A stretch of DNA of 64,000 nucleotides, taken from positions 164,045-228,044 of the forward strand of contig VFGU01000012.1 in assembly GCA_009392285.1 (NCBI GenBank), in the 5' to 3' direction. Origin of the DNA: SAR202 cluster bacterium. Lineage in GTDB: Bacteria; Chloroflexota; Dehalococcoidia; Lucifugimonadales; Lucifugimonadaceae. The translations under genes were made by a program, and so were the position numbers. Shown piece after piece: positions 28,242-37,860 of the stretch. The first letter of the stretch is position 1. Each line of letters starts with the position of its first letter. A model generated the notes under the pieces. That model was not told the DNA's origin. It ran no database searches and saw only the letters and a list, made by a program, of their open reading frames with translations.

Positions 28242-31046
28242 TTATTCTGCCCTTACTTCTAATATCTTAACTTCAAAATAAATAGTTGCATTAGGGGGGA
28301 TTAAGTTTTTGACTCCTACAGATCCATATGCCATTTCAGGAGGTATAACTATCCTAGCTATACTACCTTCTCCTAGGCCTAAAATCCCACTTTCAAAACC
28401 TTCTACTGCTAGACCCATTCCAGCCTTAAAAGTTAAAGTATTTACATCTTCAAAATATGAACTATCGAATATGCATCCATTTGAAAGCCATCCGGTATAA
28501 TCAAGTTTTACAACATTTCCAGGTGATATTGTTAAGCTGCCTTTATTTAACTCTTGCTTAACGCCAACAATGACTCCATTATCTAGTTCATTATTGTATA
28601 AAACGTTACTATCTTCGAATTTAGGTTTATCGCTCGGATATTCTTCATTCCTACAAATGATGTCCCATTCAGGTACTATTTCCCCTTTTATTATTCCGAG
28701 ACTTTCATCCCAAAAATTTCTCCAGTTTGGTGGTATAACTTTTTTCCATGTTTGAATTAAAGGTTCTGCATTAATAGGATCATTCATTAGTAGGGCAATC
28801 CTTATTTTAAGCTCAAGAGTTTGGATTGAATTAGGGGATAATTCCTCTAATTTATTAAGAATATTTATAGCAACATCTAAATTATTGGCATCATATGCTG
28901 CTAAGCTAGTATAAACGCTTGCGGCTCCAAAATGAATGTTGAAATGATCAGGCTCAACTTCTATCCCTTTTCTGTATTCCTCAGAAACTAGCCCAACTAA
29001 AGAAGTATATGCTTCAGCAAATTTATCCGCTTCACTCGCCATCCCAAGCATTTTCTCCATATCCCTCCTTACTATGTACATAAGCTCTTGCCTTCCATAG
29101 TTAGATAACGGTTCAAATTTGTTTATATTTTCTTGAGCCTCAATCAATGAAGTTGGAGATCCAAGAGGAGGGGTGACCTTCGCAGCCTGAAATGGGATAG
29201 CAACATAAGACCTAATGACTAATATGGTTACTATGGGGATAATTATTGCTGCAACAATAACCATAGAGTCTTTTACAAATGCCTGTTCTTTGGTTTCTTT
29301 AGTTACATTAATTTCTAATTCATCCTTTTTACCAAAACCTTGCTCTGTTCTTGTCAGAAATGCAATTAATAGCATTATTTGTAGAAATATTGAAGATACT
29401 GCGAAATTAAACATTGAAAAAGTTACATAAGAAATAAAGAAGCACCCTAAAAGCATCCAAAAAATATTTTCTGAATCGCGCCTTAAGGCCCTTTTTGTGA
29501 TTAAGATTCCAATATAAATCCAGAATGATATAAGTGCTATAAAACCAATGATTCCTGAAGTTGCCATTATATGAAGAACTCTGTTGTGAGCCCTATCAAA
29601 ATGAGGTTTGTCATCTGCCATATTTTCATTATTTAAATTTATGTATTTATAATGAAGAACAGGAAAATTTTCAGGCCCAATACCAAATATTGGATTATCG
29701 ACAAACCCTTTCCATGCTGCACTCCAAGCAAAACCTCTTTCTCCAATATCAAATCCAGACCTGAATGGATAAGATATTCCTGATCCAAATAATGAAATAA
29801 ATTTCATGGTAGAAGTGCACTCTCGGAAGGAATCTCTTTCGGTCAGCCAAAAATAAGTTAATAATTGATCTGAACAAATCCTTGATTTCATTTCAGGTTC
29901 AGATATTTTTCCAGTCTTTACCATATGTTCTAGCAATTGCTCCATAGAAAGTCCTAACTTTCCAGATGATTTCTCTATTTCATTATATTCTTGAACAACT
30001 GAAAGTCCGGGGATTATAGAGGCTATTTCAGACCTTTCTTTATCAGCATTAAGCCCTTTCCAATTGGGACTTTCTTCAAAAACTTCTATAGGGAAATACT
30101 TAGAAAGAACCTCGATTCTTAAATCTTCTCTTTGAGATTCAATTGTGGTTGTTATGAAAAAGAAGGTCGGAATTAAAATGATTATCAGAGTTACCGGAGC
30201 CAATGTAAATTTTCTAATTTTTTTATAAACGATTGACAGCATAATAGATATTAATAGAATTGAAGCCGCTATACCGATTAATGATGCCCTAGATCCTGAA
30301 CTTAAAATCGTCCATATAGAAATAAGAGAAGCAATTCCAGCAATTACCACATAAGTTTTAGATGATTTTTTTAGAGAAGCATATGTATTAAAAATCGATA
30401 ATCGATAATTTATTTTGAATTCTCTATAAATTAAAGCTATTGAACTAAAAGTCACCATTGATAAATATGTTGCTAAATAGGATGGATTTCCAATTGTAGA
30501 CTCTACCCTTTCTCCTCCTGTATAAGATCCCTCAGGATTAACAACTAGAGGAAAGATGTCCAAGCCTCCTACTAAAGGTATTACTAAATCTAGAGACTCA
30601 AAAAAACCTAAAGTAGCAACGATTAAGCCGACAAAAGTATTTACCTTCCATAAATTTATCCAAGATAATTTAGTCTTTAGAACTGAAAAAGCTATCAATA
30701 TGAAAATGAGCCAATGAAAATATTCAACAACTCCTTCCATTCTCTCCCAATTACCCCAAAAACTATTTTGGGGGCTAGAACCAAATAATCCGGCTAATGC
30801 TTGCGATAGCACAAAGAGTGAAAAAAGTAATATTAGGGTACTTTTTTCAGGTAAATATTTATTGTTAACAGTTATAAGGATTAGCCATAAGCATGATATT
30901 GAATAAATTACCCCTCTAAACCATAACGACTTCCCCACTACAAAAGGGAAAACAGTTTCAGGAGAAACTACTAGAGGCAGGAATAGTATTAACGAGAGTC
31001 CTAAGAAGATTAATTTAGGAAAGTATGTATTTATAAATATTCTCAT
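28242..31046 (-). CDS. Wzy_C (O-antigen ligase / O-oligosaccharyltransferase family) polytopic membrane protein fused to a helical-repeat region and a C-terminal FKBP-type peptidyl-prolyl isomerase
   Basis: More than 10 TM helices, a large loop ending in HFDRAHNRVLHIMATSGIIG (Wzy_C signature), and a further TM near residue 600. A roughly 200-aa helical region follows. The FKBP domain reads GNVVKLDYTGWLSNGCIFDSSY..FKAGMGLAVEGFESGILGLGEGSIARIVIPPEMAYG..IPPNATIYFEVKILEV (about 28245-28575). Confidence 0.8.
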   Translation of the reverse strand: MRIFINTYFPKLIFLGLSLILFLPLVVSPETVFPFVVGKSLWFRGVIYSISCLWLILITVNNKYLPEKSTLILLFSLFVLSQALAGLFGSSPQNSFWGNWERMEGVVEYFHWLIFILIAFSVLKTKLSWINLWKVNTFVGLIVATLGFFESLDLVIPLVGGLDIFPLVVNPEGSYTGGERVESTIGNPSYLATYLSMVTFSSIALIYREFKINYRLSIFNTYASLKKSSKTYVVIAGIASLISIWTILSSGSRASLIGIAASILLISIMLSIVYKKIRKFTLAPVTLIIILIPTFFFITTTIESQREDLRIEVLSKYFPIEVFEESPNWKGLNADKERSEIASIIPGLSVVQEYNEIEKSSGKLGLSMEQLLEHMVKTGKISEPEMKSRICSDQLLTYFWLTERDSFRECTSTMKFISLFGSGISYPFRSGFDIGERGFAWSAAWKGFVDNPIFGIGPENFPVLHYKYINLNNENMADDKPHFDRAHNRVLHIMATSGIIGFIALISFWIYIGILITKRALRRDSENIFWMLLGCFFISYVTFSMFNFAVSSIFLQIMLLIAFLTRTEQGFGKKDELEINVTKETKEQAFVKDSMVIVAAIIIPIVTILVIRSYVAIPFQAAKVTPPLGSPTSLIEAQENINKFEPLSNYGRQELMYIVRRDMEKMLGMASEADKFAEAYTSLVGLVSEEYRKGIEVEPDHFNIHFGAASVYTSLAAYDANNLDVAINILNKLEELSPNSIQTLELKIRIALLMNDPINAEPLIQTWKKVIPPNWRNFWDESLGIIKGEIVPEWDIICRNEEYPSDKPKFEDSNVLYNNELDNGVIVGVKQELNKGSLTISPGNVVKLDYTGWLSNGCIFDSSYFEDVNTLTFKAGMGLAVEGFESGILGLGEGSIARIVIPPEMAYGSVGVKNLIPPNATIYFEVKILEVRAE

Positions 31047-31051
31047 TGATT

Positions 31052-31975
31052 TTAAGAGTCCTTTAGATGACTAATTGTTTTTTTGAGTCCTTCTTGTAGG
31101 CTAGTTTTAGGTTTCCAATTCGATATTCCTAAAGCTTTAGAATTATCTAATTCAATCCCAAATATATCCCCTTCCCTAGAATTACTCATAACTGGTTCAT
31201 CTTTGTAATCAACTATTTCTTTTAGGCTATTGAATATATCAATAGTTTTTGTTTTTTGCCCAGAGCATAGATTATAAGTTCCAGTTATATTCCCTTCTGT
31301 AATTTTTTCAATGAAATCCACAACATCATCAATGTATATATAATCTCTGTATTCATTTCCTGTGCCAAAGATAGTCACTGGTTCATTTTCTAGCATTTTT
31401 TTTCCAAATATTGATACTACCCCTGCTTCTCCGTAAGGATTTTGGCCAGGACCAAATACATTACTTGGCCTTATTACAGTAGAAGGCAGATTAAATTTGT
31501 CTGAATAATAGGTTAAATATTTTTCAAAACTAGATTTTGACATACCGTAGGGACTTTGAGGGTCAACCGTGTCATCTTCATTGAATTTTCTACCAACTTT
31601 CTCTCCATATATTGCTCCACCGGTTGAAAAGAATACAAATTGAGTTAATTTTAGCTCCAAGGCAGATTTTAATATATTTAAGGAGCCTCCAACGTTCACA
31701 TCATTGTCTAGAACTGGGTCTTTAGAAGATATAGCCACACTTGCCTGTGCTGCAAGATGAATAATTTTGTCAGGCTTGATTTCTTGAAAATAATCTTTAA
31801 TTTTGTCCGACCTAATATCTATTTTTTTGTACTTAATATCTAAATTTGTTTTAGGTTCTTCTATATCTAGTACATATATTTCATTATTTTTGTGTCCAGA
31901 TAACTTAGATGTTAAAGCAGATCCAATAAAGCCAGATCCACCTGTAATTAGTATTTTATTTCTTATATTTGTCAC
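31052..31975 (-). CDS. NAD-dependent nucleotide-sugar epimerase (GalE-like)
   Basis: GTG start, ITGGSGFIGS, and YGMSK. Confidence 0.85.
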   Translation of the reverse strand: MTNIRNKILITGGSGFIGSALTSKLSGHKNNEIYVLDIEEPKTNLDIKYKKIDIRSDKIKDYFQEIKPDKIIHLAAQASVAISSKDPVLDNDVNVGGSLNILKSALELKLTQFVFFSTGGAIYGEKVGRKFNEDDTVDPQSPYGMSKSSFEKYLTYYSDKFNLPSTVIRPSNVFGPGQNPYGEAGVVSIFGKKMLENEPVTIFGTGNEYRDYIYIDDVVDFIEKITEGNITGTYNLCSGQKTKTIDIFNSLKEIVDYKDEPVMSNSREGDIFGIELDNSKALGISNWKPKTSLQEGLKKTISHLKDS

Positions 31976-31993
31976 TTTTTCGATTTTCTTGTC

Positions 31994-32041
31994 TATTGAT
32001 GCATATTGATGGTTAATATGAAAATGATTTAAAGTATCAAT
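31994..32041. promoter_or_regulatory. Candidate operator upstream of argJ: TATTGATG x2 direct plus one inverted copy
   Basis: TATTGATG occurs at 31994-32001 and 32004-32011, a 10-bp register. The inverted copy TATCAATA is at 32034-32041. The first repeat junction reads TGCATATTGATG, loosely like an ARG box. Confidence 0.3.
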
Positions 32042-32069
32042 AAATTAAAGAATAAACTAACTATACTAA

Positions 32070-33269
32070 ATGACAAATTTCAAGCAAATAAAAAATGGAA
32101 CAATATCAACTCCTAAAGGCTTTAGTGCTGACGGGATTTTTTGTGGTCTAAAACCAGCCGGAGAAGGAAAATTGGATTTGGGCATTATATTGTCTGATGA
32201 TGATTGTAATTGGGCTGCAACTTATACCAAGAATAATATTAAGAGTGCATCTATTGATTATTGCAAAGAAATTAAAGGAAGAATTAAAGGGATTATTGTA
32301 AATAGTGGTTCTGCAAATTGTTGTGTTGGTGATCAGGGATTGGCTGATGCAAGAAAGATAGCTTTGTTAGCTAAGGAAAAATATCAATCAAAAGCACCTT
32401 TTTTAGTTTCTAGTACCGGTGTTATAGGGGTTGAGATTCCAGTTGGATTAATTGAAAAAGAGATTAATAATTTTGAACCTTCTGAGGTTGGAGGTGAGAA
32501 ATTTTCAAGAGCGATTATAACGACCGATTCAAAAACAAAAAATATTTGTGTTGAAGTAAAAACTTCTAAAGGTAAATTTAAAGTCGGTGGAGTTGCTAAG
32601 GGGAGCGGAATGATTCACCCAAGAATGGGAACAATGCTAGGTTATATTACTACGGATGCTTCGGTAGACTCTAAAATATTAACTGACACTTTAAGGGAAT
32701 CAGTTGATGTTTCATTCAATCAGATAGATATAGATGGAGATACAAGTACGAATGACACTGTTGTTATTATGGCTAATGGAATGTCAGGTCAAGAGATTAA
32801 TAATGAATCAGATAAACAAATATTTTCTGAAGCAATAGAATATGTATCAAAATTTTTAGCGAAATTAATTGCTGAAGATGGAGAAGGTATATCACATTTG
32901 ATTACATCAGAAGTAGTTGGAGCAACAAATGATGAAGATGCTTTGAAGATATCCAATGCTGTAGTTTCTTCGTCATTAGTGAAAACTGCTGTATTTGGAA
33001 AAGATCCTAATTGGGGAAGGATAATGATGGCAATTGGTAATGCAGATGCAGAAATGAATAGGGACAAGATAAAGATCTATATAAATGGAATACAAATTTC
33101 TGAAGAAGGAAAGTCAGTTTCATTTCATTATCAATCTGTATTATCAGCATTAAACAACTTTAATGTGGATATAAAAATTGATTTAGGCTTGGGCAAAGGA
33201 AGAGGAATGGCATGGGGTTCTGATCTAACGGAAGAATATGTAATTTTTAATTCTGCATACACTACTTAA
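32070..33269 (+). CDS. argJ: Bifunctional ornithine acetyltransferase / N-acetylglutamate synthase
   Basis: GMIHPRMGTMLGYITTDA autoprocessing region; 399 aa. Confidence 0.93.
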   Translation: MTNFKQIKNGTISTPKGFSADGIFCGLKPAGEGKLDLGIILSDDDCNWAATYTKNNIKSASIDYCKEIKGRIKGIIVNSGSANCCVGDQGLADARKIALLAKEKYQSKAPFLVSSTGVIGVEIPVGLIEKEINNFEPSEVGGEKFSRAIITTDSKTKNICVEVKTSKGKFKVGGVAKGSGMIHPRMGTMLGYITTDASVDSKILTDTLRESVDVSFNQIDIDGDTSTNDTVVIMANGMSGQEINNESDKQIFSEAIEYVSKFLAKLIAEDGEGISHLITSEVVGATNDEDALKISNAVVSSSLVKTAVFGKDPNWGRIMMAIGNADAEMNRDKIKIYINGIQISEEGKSVSFHYQSVLSALNNFNVDIKIDLGLGKGRGMAWGSDLTEEYVIFNSAYTT

Positions 33270-33281
33270 TTTAGTCAGAAA

Positions 33282-34079
33282 TTGGGATCTATGAGCAAAA
33301 TTAATGTTATAAAAATAGGTGGAAGCACTATAGAAGAGTGGGGCAAGTCTTTAGGTCAGATTAAAAGCATCGTTAATCTTGGTGACCCCGTATTATTGGT
33401 GCATGGCGGTGGAAAAACTGTGAGTGAGTGGAGTTCTAAATTAGGAATAAGGCCAGAATTTGTTAAGGGATTAAGAAAAACGGACCCCCAAACATTAGAA
33501 GTAGCATGTGCAATACTGTCAGGTTTAGTAAATTCTAAATTAGTAGTTAAATTAGAAAATATTGGCGTCAAATCTATTGGATTGTCTGGAGTTTCAGGCA
33601 AGTTGTTGGTTTCTAAGCCAAAAAGTAAAGATCTAGGGCTTGTCGGAGATATAAAAAAAATAAATCATCATATCTTAGACAGTTTATTCAAAGATAATTT
33701 CGTTCCTGTTATTTCACCATTGGGATATAACGACGATAGTAATAATGTTGATTCTGACGGAATATTGAATATAAATGCTGATTCAGTTGCTTCTAAAATT
33801 GCCATTGAAACTAAAGCAGAAAAACTAATATATCAAACCGATGTTGATGGAGTAATTGATCAAAATGGAAGGGTAATACCAAGAATGACCCTTAGACAAT
33901 CTAAGGAATTATTAAATTCAGGTATAATAACCGGAGGAATGATACCTAAATTGCAGTCGTGCATTGATGCTCTTGATGGTGGTGTTGACCATGGGCATAT
34001 AATAAATGCAAATGATGATTCGCTTATAAGTTTATTTGAAGGCAAAAAGATAGGCACTCATATAATTAGAGAAAGTTAA
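33282..34079 (+). CDS. argB: Acetylglutamate kinase
   Basis: IKIGGS and LLVHGGG. ATG 33291 is a likely true start. Confidence 0.9.
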   Translation: MGSMSKINVIKIGGSTIEEWGKSLGQIKSIVNLGDPVLLVHGGGKTVSEWSSKLGIRPEFVKGLRKTDPQTLEVACAILSGLVNSKLVVKLENIGVKSIGLSGVSGKLLVSKPKSKDLGLVGDIKKINHHILDSLFKDNFVPVISPLGYNDDSNNVDSDGILNINADSVASKIAIETKAEKLIYQTDVDGVIDQNGRVIPRMTLRQSKELLNSGIITGGMIPKLQSCIDALDGGVDHGHIINANDDSLISLFEGKKIGTHIIRES

Positions 34080-34087
34080 GGAAAATA

Positions 34088-35281
34088 ATGACAACAACAG
34101 ATTGGAAAAAACTAGAATCTACTTACTATATGCAAGTTGTTAACAGGTTGCCGCTTGTGCTTGTAAAAGGTAAAGGCACTATTGTATGGGATGAAGAAGG
34201 AAAAAAATATCTGGATTTTACGTCTGGTTGGGCAGTCGTAAATCTGGGCCATTCCCATCCAGCTGTTTCCAATGCTATTAAGTACCAAGTTGATAATATC
34301 ATGCAAATGACAAACCTTTATTACACTATCCCTCAACTTAAGTTAGCAAAATTACTTATTGATAATTCTTGTTTTGATAGGGTTTTCTTTTCGAATAGTG
34401 GGGCTGAAGCGAATGAAGGGGCGTCTAAATTAGCAAGAAAATGGGGTAAGGAAAAACTTGACGGAGCATATGAAATAATTACTATGGAAAATTCCTTTCA
34501 TGGCAGAACATTAGCTATGATGGCTGCTACTGGACAAAAAGAATATCAGGAAAAATGGCAACCATTGCCAGACGGTTTTGTAAATGTAGAATATAACAAT
34601 TTTGAAGCCTTGAAGAAGGCAACTAAGAAGAATACTTGTGCAGTTTTGCTAGAAGTTGTTCAAGGAGAAGGTGGAGTTAATGTGCCCGATCATAGTTATT
34701 TAATTGATGTTCAAGAATGGTGCCATCAAAATAATATTTTATTTATGGTAGATGAGGTACAAACAGGAATGGGAAGGCTCGGAACTTTGTTTGGTTATCA
34801 GAAATTTGGATTAGATCCTGATGTAATGGTTTTAGGAAAGGCTCTAGGTGCTGGAACTCCTCTAGGTGCTTTTTTATGCAAGGAAAGATTTTCTGTATTA
34901 GAGCCCGGAGACCATGGAAGTACATTTGGAGGTAATGCATTAACTACTGCTGCAGGATGGGCTGCACTCAAATATATTATTGATACAGATATTCCTTCTG
35001 AATGTTCAGATGCTGGAAAATATCTTAAATCAATGCTAGATGGATTGGCATCTAGGCATAGTAATGTAGTTGATATAAGAGGTTACGGATTATTAATCGG
35101 TCTAGAAATATCAAAAAATAAAGCACCTGAAGTAATGAATTTGTGCTTAGAAAAAGGACTTTTAATTAATGCTGTTAGGCCTAATACATTAAGATTATTC
35201 CCACCTTTGAATGTAACTGAAGGTGATATAAATAAAGCTGTAGCAATACTCGAAGAAGTTTTTGTTGAATTAAAGATATAA
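34088..35281 (+). CDS. argD: Acetylornithine aminotransferase
   Basis: Class III PLP aminotransferase motifs GHSHPAV, DEVQTGMGRLG and VLGKALG. Confidence 0.9.
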   Translation: MTTTDWKKLESTYYMQVVNRLPLVLVKGKGTIVWDEEGKKYLDFTSGWAVVNLGHSHPAVSNAIKYQVDNIMQMTNLYYTIPQLKLAKLLIDNSCFDRVFFSNSGAEANEGASKLARKWGKEKLDGAYEIITMENSFHGRTLAMMAATGQKEYQEKWQPLPDGFVNVEYNNFEALKKATKKNTCAVLLEVVQGEGGVNVPDHSYLIDVQEWCHQNNILFMVDEVQTGMGRLGTLFGYQKFGLDPDVMVLGKALGAGTPLGAFLCKERFSVLEPGDHGSTFGGNALTTAAGWAALKYIIDTDIPSECSDAGKYLKSMLDGLASRHSNVVDIRGYGLLIGLEISKNKAPEVMNLCLEKGLLINAVRPNTLRLFPPLNVTEGDINKAVAILEEVFVELKI

Positions 35282-35293
35282 GGGGTTATAGGG

Positions 35294-36508
35294 ATGAAAA
35301 AAGATATAGCTATTCTTGCATTCAGTGGAGGACTTGACTCTACTATATCTGTAGATTGGATAAAAAAAAATTATGGGTATGAAGTTGTAACTTTAACTGT
35401 TGATCTAGGAGGTGGTCAGTTTTCTGCGGATCTAGAAAAAAGAGCAAAAAAGGCCGGTGCATCTGATTGCCTTATTTGGGATGTTAAAGAAGAATTTGCG
35501 AAAGATTTCATACTTCCAAGTTTATTAGCAGGCGCTATTTATGAGAATGAATATCTTTTGGCTACTTCAATTGGTAGACCCCTAATGGCAAAAAAACTTG
35601 TAGAAGCTGCAATAGAATATGATGCTAAAGCAGTAGCTCATGGTTGTACCGGAAAAGGGAATGATCAGGTTAGATTTGATACAGCTATTAAAACTCTTTC
35701 TTCGGATTCTCCATTAGAAATAATAGCTCCAGCAAGAGAGGCTTCTCTGACAAGAGATGAAGAAAAAGAATATGCAAAAAAACTTGATATTAAATTGCCA
35801 GGGGTAGGTGAGAGAGTATATTCAATTGATAGAAATTTGTGGGGATTGGCAATTGAAGGTGAAGATTTAGAGGATCCTTGGATCGAGCCCCCCGAAGATG
35901 CATATATGATAACTTCTTCCCTAGAAGATGCTCCTAAAAAACCAAAATATATAGAAATTTCATTCAACAAAGGTACTCCCGTTAAATTGAATGGTAAAAA
36001 ATTAGGTTTAGTGAATCTAATCGAAGAGCTTAATGATATAGCTGGATTGTGTGGGGTAGGTAGGACAATCCATGTAGAAAATAGGTTGGTAGGAATCAAA
36101 TCTAGAGAAACATATGAAGCACCAGCAGCAACCGTACTATATAAATCTTTACAGTCGTTAGAAAAATTAAATTTAAGTAGAGACCAACAAAGGATGAAAA
36201 GTATGATTTCTACTACATACTCAGACTTAGTTTACGATGGAAGATGGTATTCTGGGCTAAGAGAAAATTTAGATGCTTATTGCAAGAGTTCTGCTAGATA
36301 TTTAACTGGGGATGTACGCATAAAACTTTTCAAATCAAATTGTGAAGTGGTAGGTGTAAGATCTCCTTACTCTCTTTATTCTTTTGATCTTGCTACCTAT
36401 TCCTCAGAAGATAAGTTTGATCATAATTCAGCAGTTGGTTTTATAGATATTTATAGTTTGCCATCCAGGATACAGAGAAAACAACAAATTCATGATGAAA
36501 TGGGATAG
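35294..36508 (+). CDS. argG: Argininosuccinate synthase
   Basis: AFSGGLDST and HGCTGKGNDQVRF. Confidence 0.95.
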   Translation: MKKDIAILAFSGGLDSTISVDWIKKNYGYEVVTLTVDLGGGQFSADLEKRAKKAGASDCLIWDVKEEFAKDFILPSLLAGAIYENEYLLATSIGRPLMAKKLVEAAIEYDAKAVAHGCTGKGNDQVRFDTAIKTLSSDSPLEIIAPAREASLTRDEEKEYAKKLDIKLPGVGERVYSIDRNLWGLAIEGEDLEDPWIEPPEDAYMITSSLEDAPKKPKYIEISFNKGTPVKLNGKKLGLVNLIEELNDIAGLCGVGRTIHVENRLVGIKSRETYEAPAATVLYKSLQSLEKLNLSRDQQRMKSMISTTYSDLVYDGRWYSGLRENLDAYCKSSARYLTGDVRIKLFKSNCEVVGVRSPYSLYSFDLATYSSEDKFDHNSAVGFIDIYSLPSRIQRKQQIHDEMG

Positions 36509-36510
36509 AT

Positions 36511-37860
36511 ATGGATAACAATACAGATAAAGTATTTTCAAAAAATCTTTTTTCAAATTTTTCATCATCAATTTCATTCGATAAGAGAATCTATAAGGAA
36601 GATATAGAATTATCTATTGCCTATAGTAAAGTTTTGGAAAAAATAGATATTTTTACATCTGAAGAACAGAAAAAAATAGAAGAAGGCTTGGCTCTAATAA
36701 ATAAAGAAATAGAGGCAGGAAAATTTAAATGGAGAGATGACTTAGAAGATATTCATATGAATATTGAGAGCAGGTTGCATGATTTAGTGGGTGATATTGC
36801 TGGAAAAATTCATACTGGGAAGTCAAGAAATGATCAGGTTGCCACTTCATTAAGAATGTACCTAAAAACGAGAATAGATAATATTCAGGATTTAATTAGA
36901 AATTTAGAAATAGAAGTTGTAAATAAGGCTGATATAAATTTTGGTATTATTATGCCTTCTTATACCCATTTGCAAAAAGCTCAACCAATACTACTTTCTC
37001 ATCATTTAATGGCTTATTTTGAGATGCTAGAGAGAGATATATCAAGATTTTCAGAATGCAAGAATAGAATGGATGAACTTATACTAGGAAGTGGGGCAGT
37101 AGCAGGGTCATTTTATGATATAGATAGGGATTTTCTAGCAAAGGAATTGGGCTTTTCTAGAATAAATAAGAATAGTATAGATGGGGTTAGCGATAGAGAC
37201 TTTATTCTAGATTTAGCCAACTGCATTACCACATCAATGATGCATTTAACTAGACTTTCTGAAGAATTAATTTTGTGGTCATCGGAGGAATTCAATTTTA
37301 TAAATTTGCCCGATAATGTTGTTACAACTTCTAGCATGATGCCTCAAAAAAGAAATCCAGATTACCCTGAATTAATAAGAGGTAAGTTTGGAAGAACATT
37401 AGGAAATTCAGTTTCAATAATTACAATGCTAAAAGCTTTGCCATTATCCTATAACAGAGATATGCAGGAAGATAAGGAACCTATATTTGATTCTATAGAC
37501 ACATATATTTCTTCGATTGAAGTTATGATTGAAATAATAAAAGGTTCTAATTTTAATCATAAGGTTATAACAGATTCTGCATCAGGAAATATATTGGCTA
37601 CGGATCTAGCAGATATATTAACCATGAAGGGCGTTCCTTTTAGAGAATCGCATATATCAATAAGTAAGTTGACAAATGAGTTGCATAAAGAAGGAAAATC
37701 AATATCTGATTTATCAAAATCTGAATTGAGCAAGGCTCTTGGAGAAGAAGTAGATATAGATAATAATAAAAGCATCAATTCTAGAAATATTGTGGCTGGG
37801 ACTTCAGAAGAAAGAGTTAAAGAAGAAATTAAAAGCGCCAAAAAAATCTTAAATATTTAA
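36511..37860 (+). CDS. argH: Argininosuccinate lyase
   Basis: TGKSRNDQV and SSMMPQKRNPD. Confidence 0.93.
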   Translation: MDNNTDKVFSKNLFSNFSSSISFDKRIYKEDIELSIAYSKVLEKIDIFTSEEQKKIEEGLALINKEIEAGKFKWRDDLEDIHMNIESRLHDLVGDIAGKIHTGKSRNDQVATSLRMYLKTRIDNIQDLIRNLEIEVVNKADINFGIIMPSYTHLQKAQPILLSHHLMAYFEMLERDISRFSECKNRMDELILGSGAVAGSFYDIDRDFLAKELGFSRINKNSIDGVSDRDFILDLANCITTSMMHLTRLSEELILWSSEEFNFINLPDNVVTTSSMMPQKRNPDYPELIRGKFGRTLGNSVSIITMLKALPLSYNRDMQEDKEPIFDSIDTYISSIEVMIEIIKGSNFNHKVITDSASGNILATDLADILTMKGVPFRESHISISKLTNELHKEGKSISDLSKSELSKALGEEVDIDNNKSINSRNIVAGTSEERVKEEIKSAKKILNI

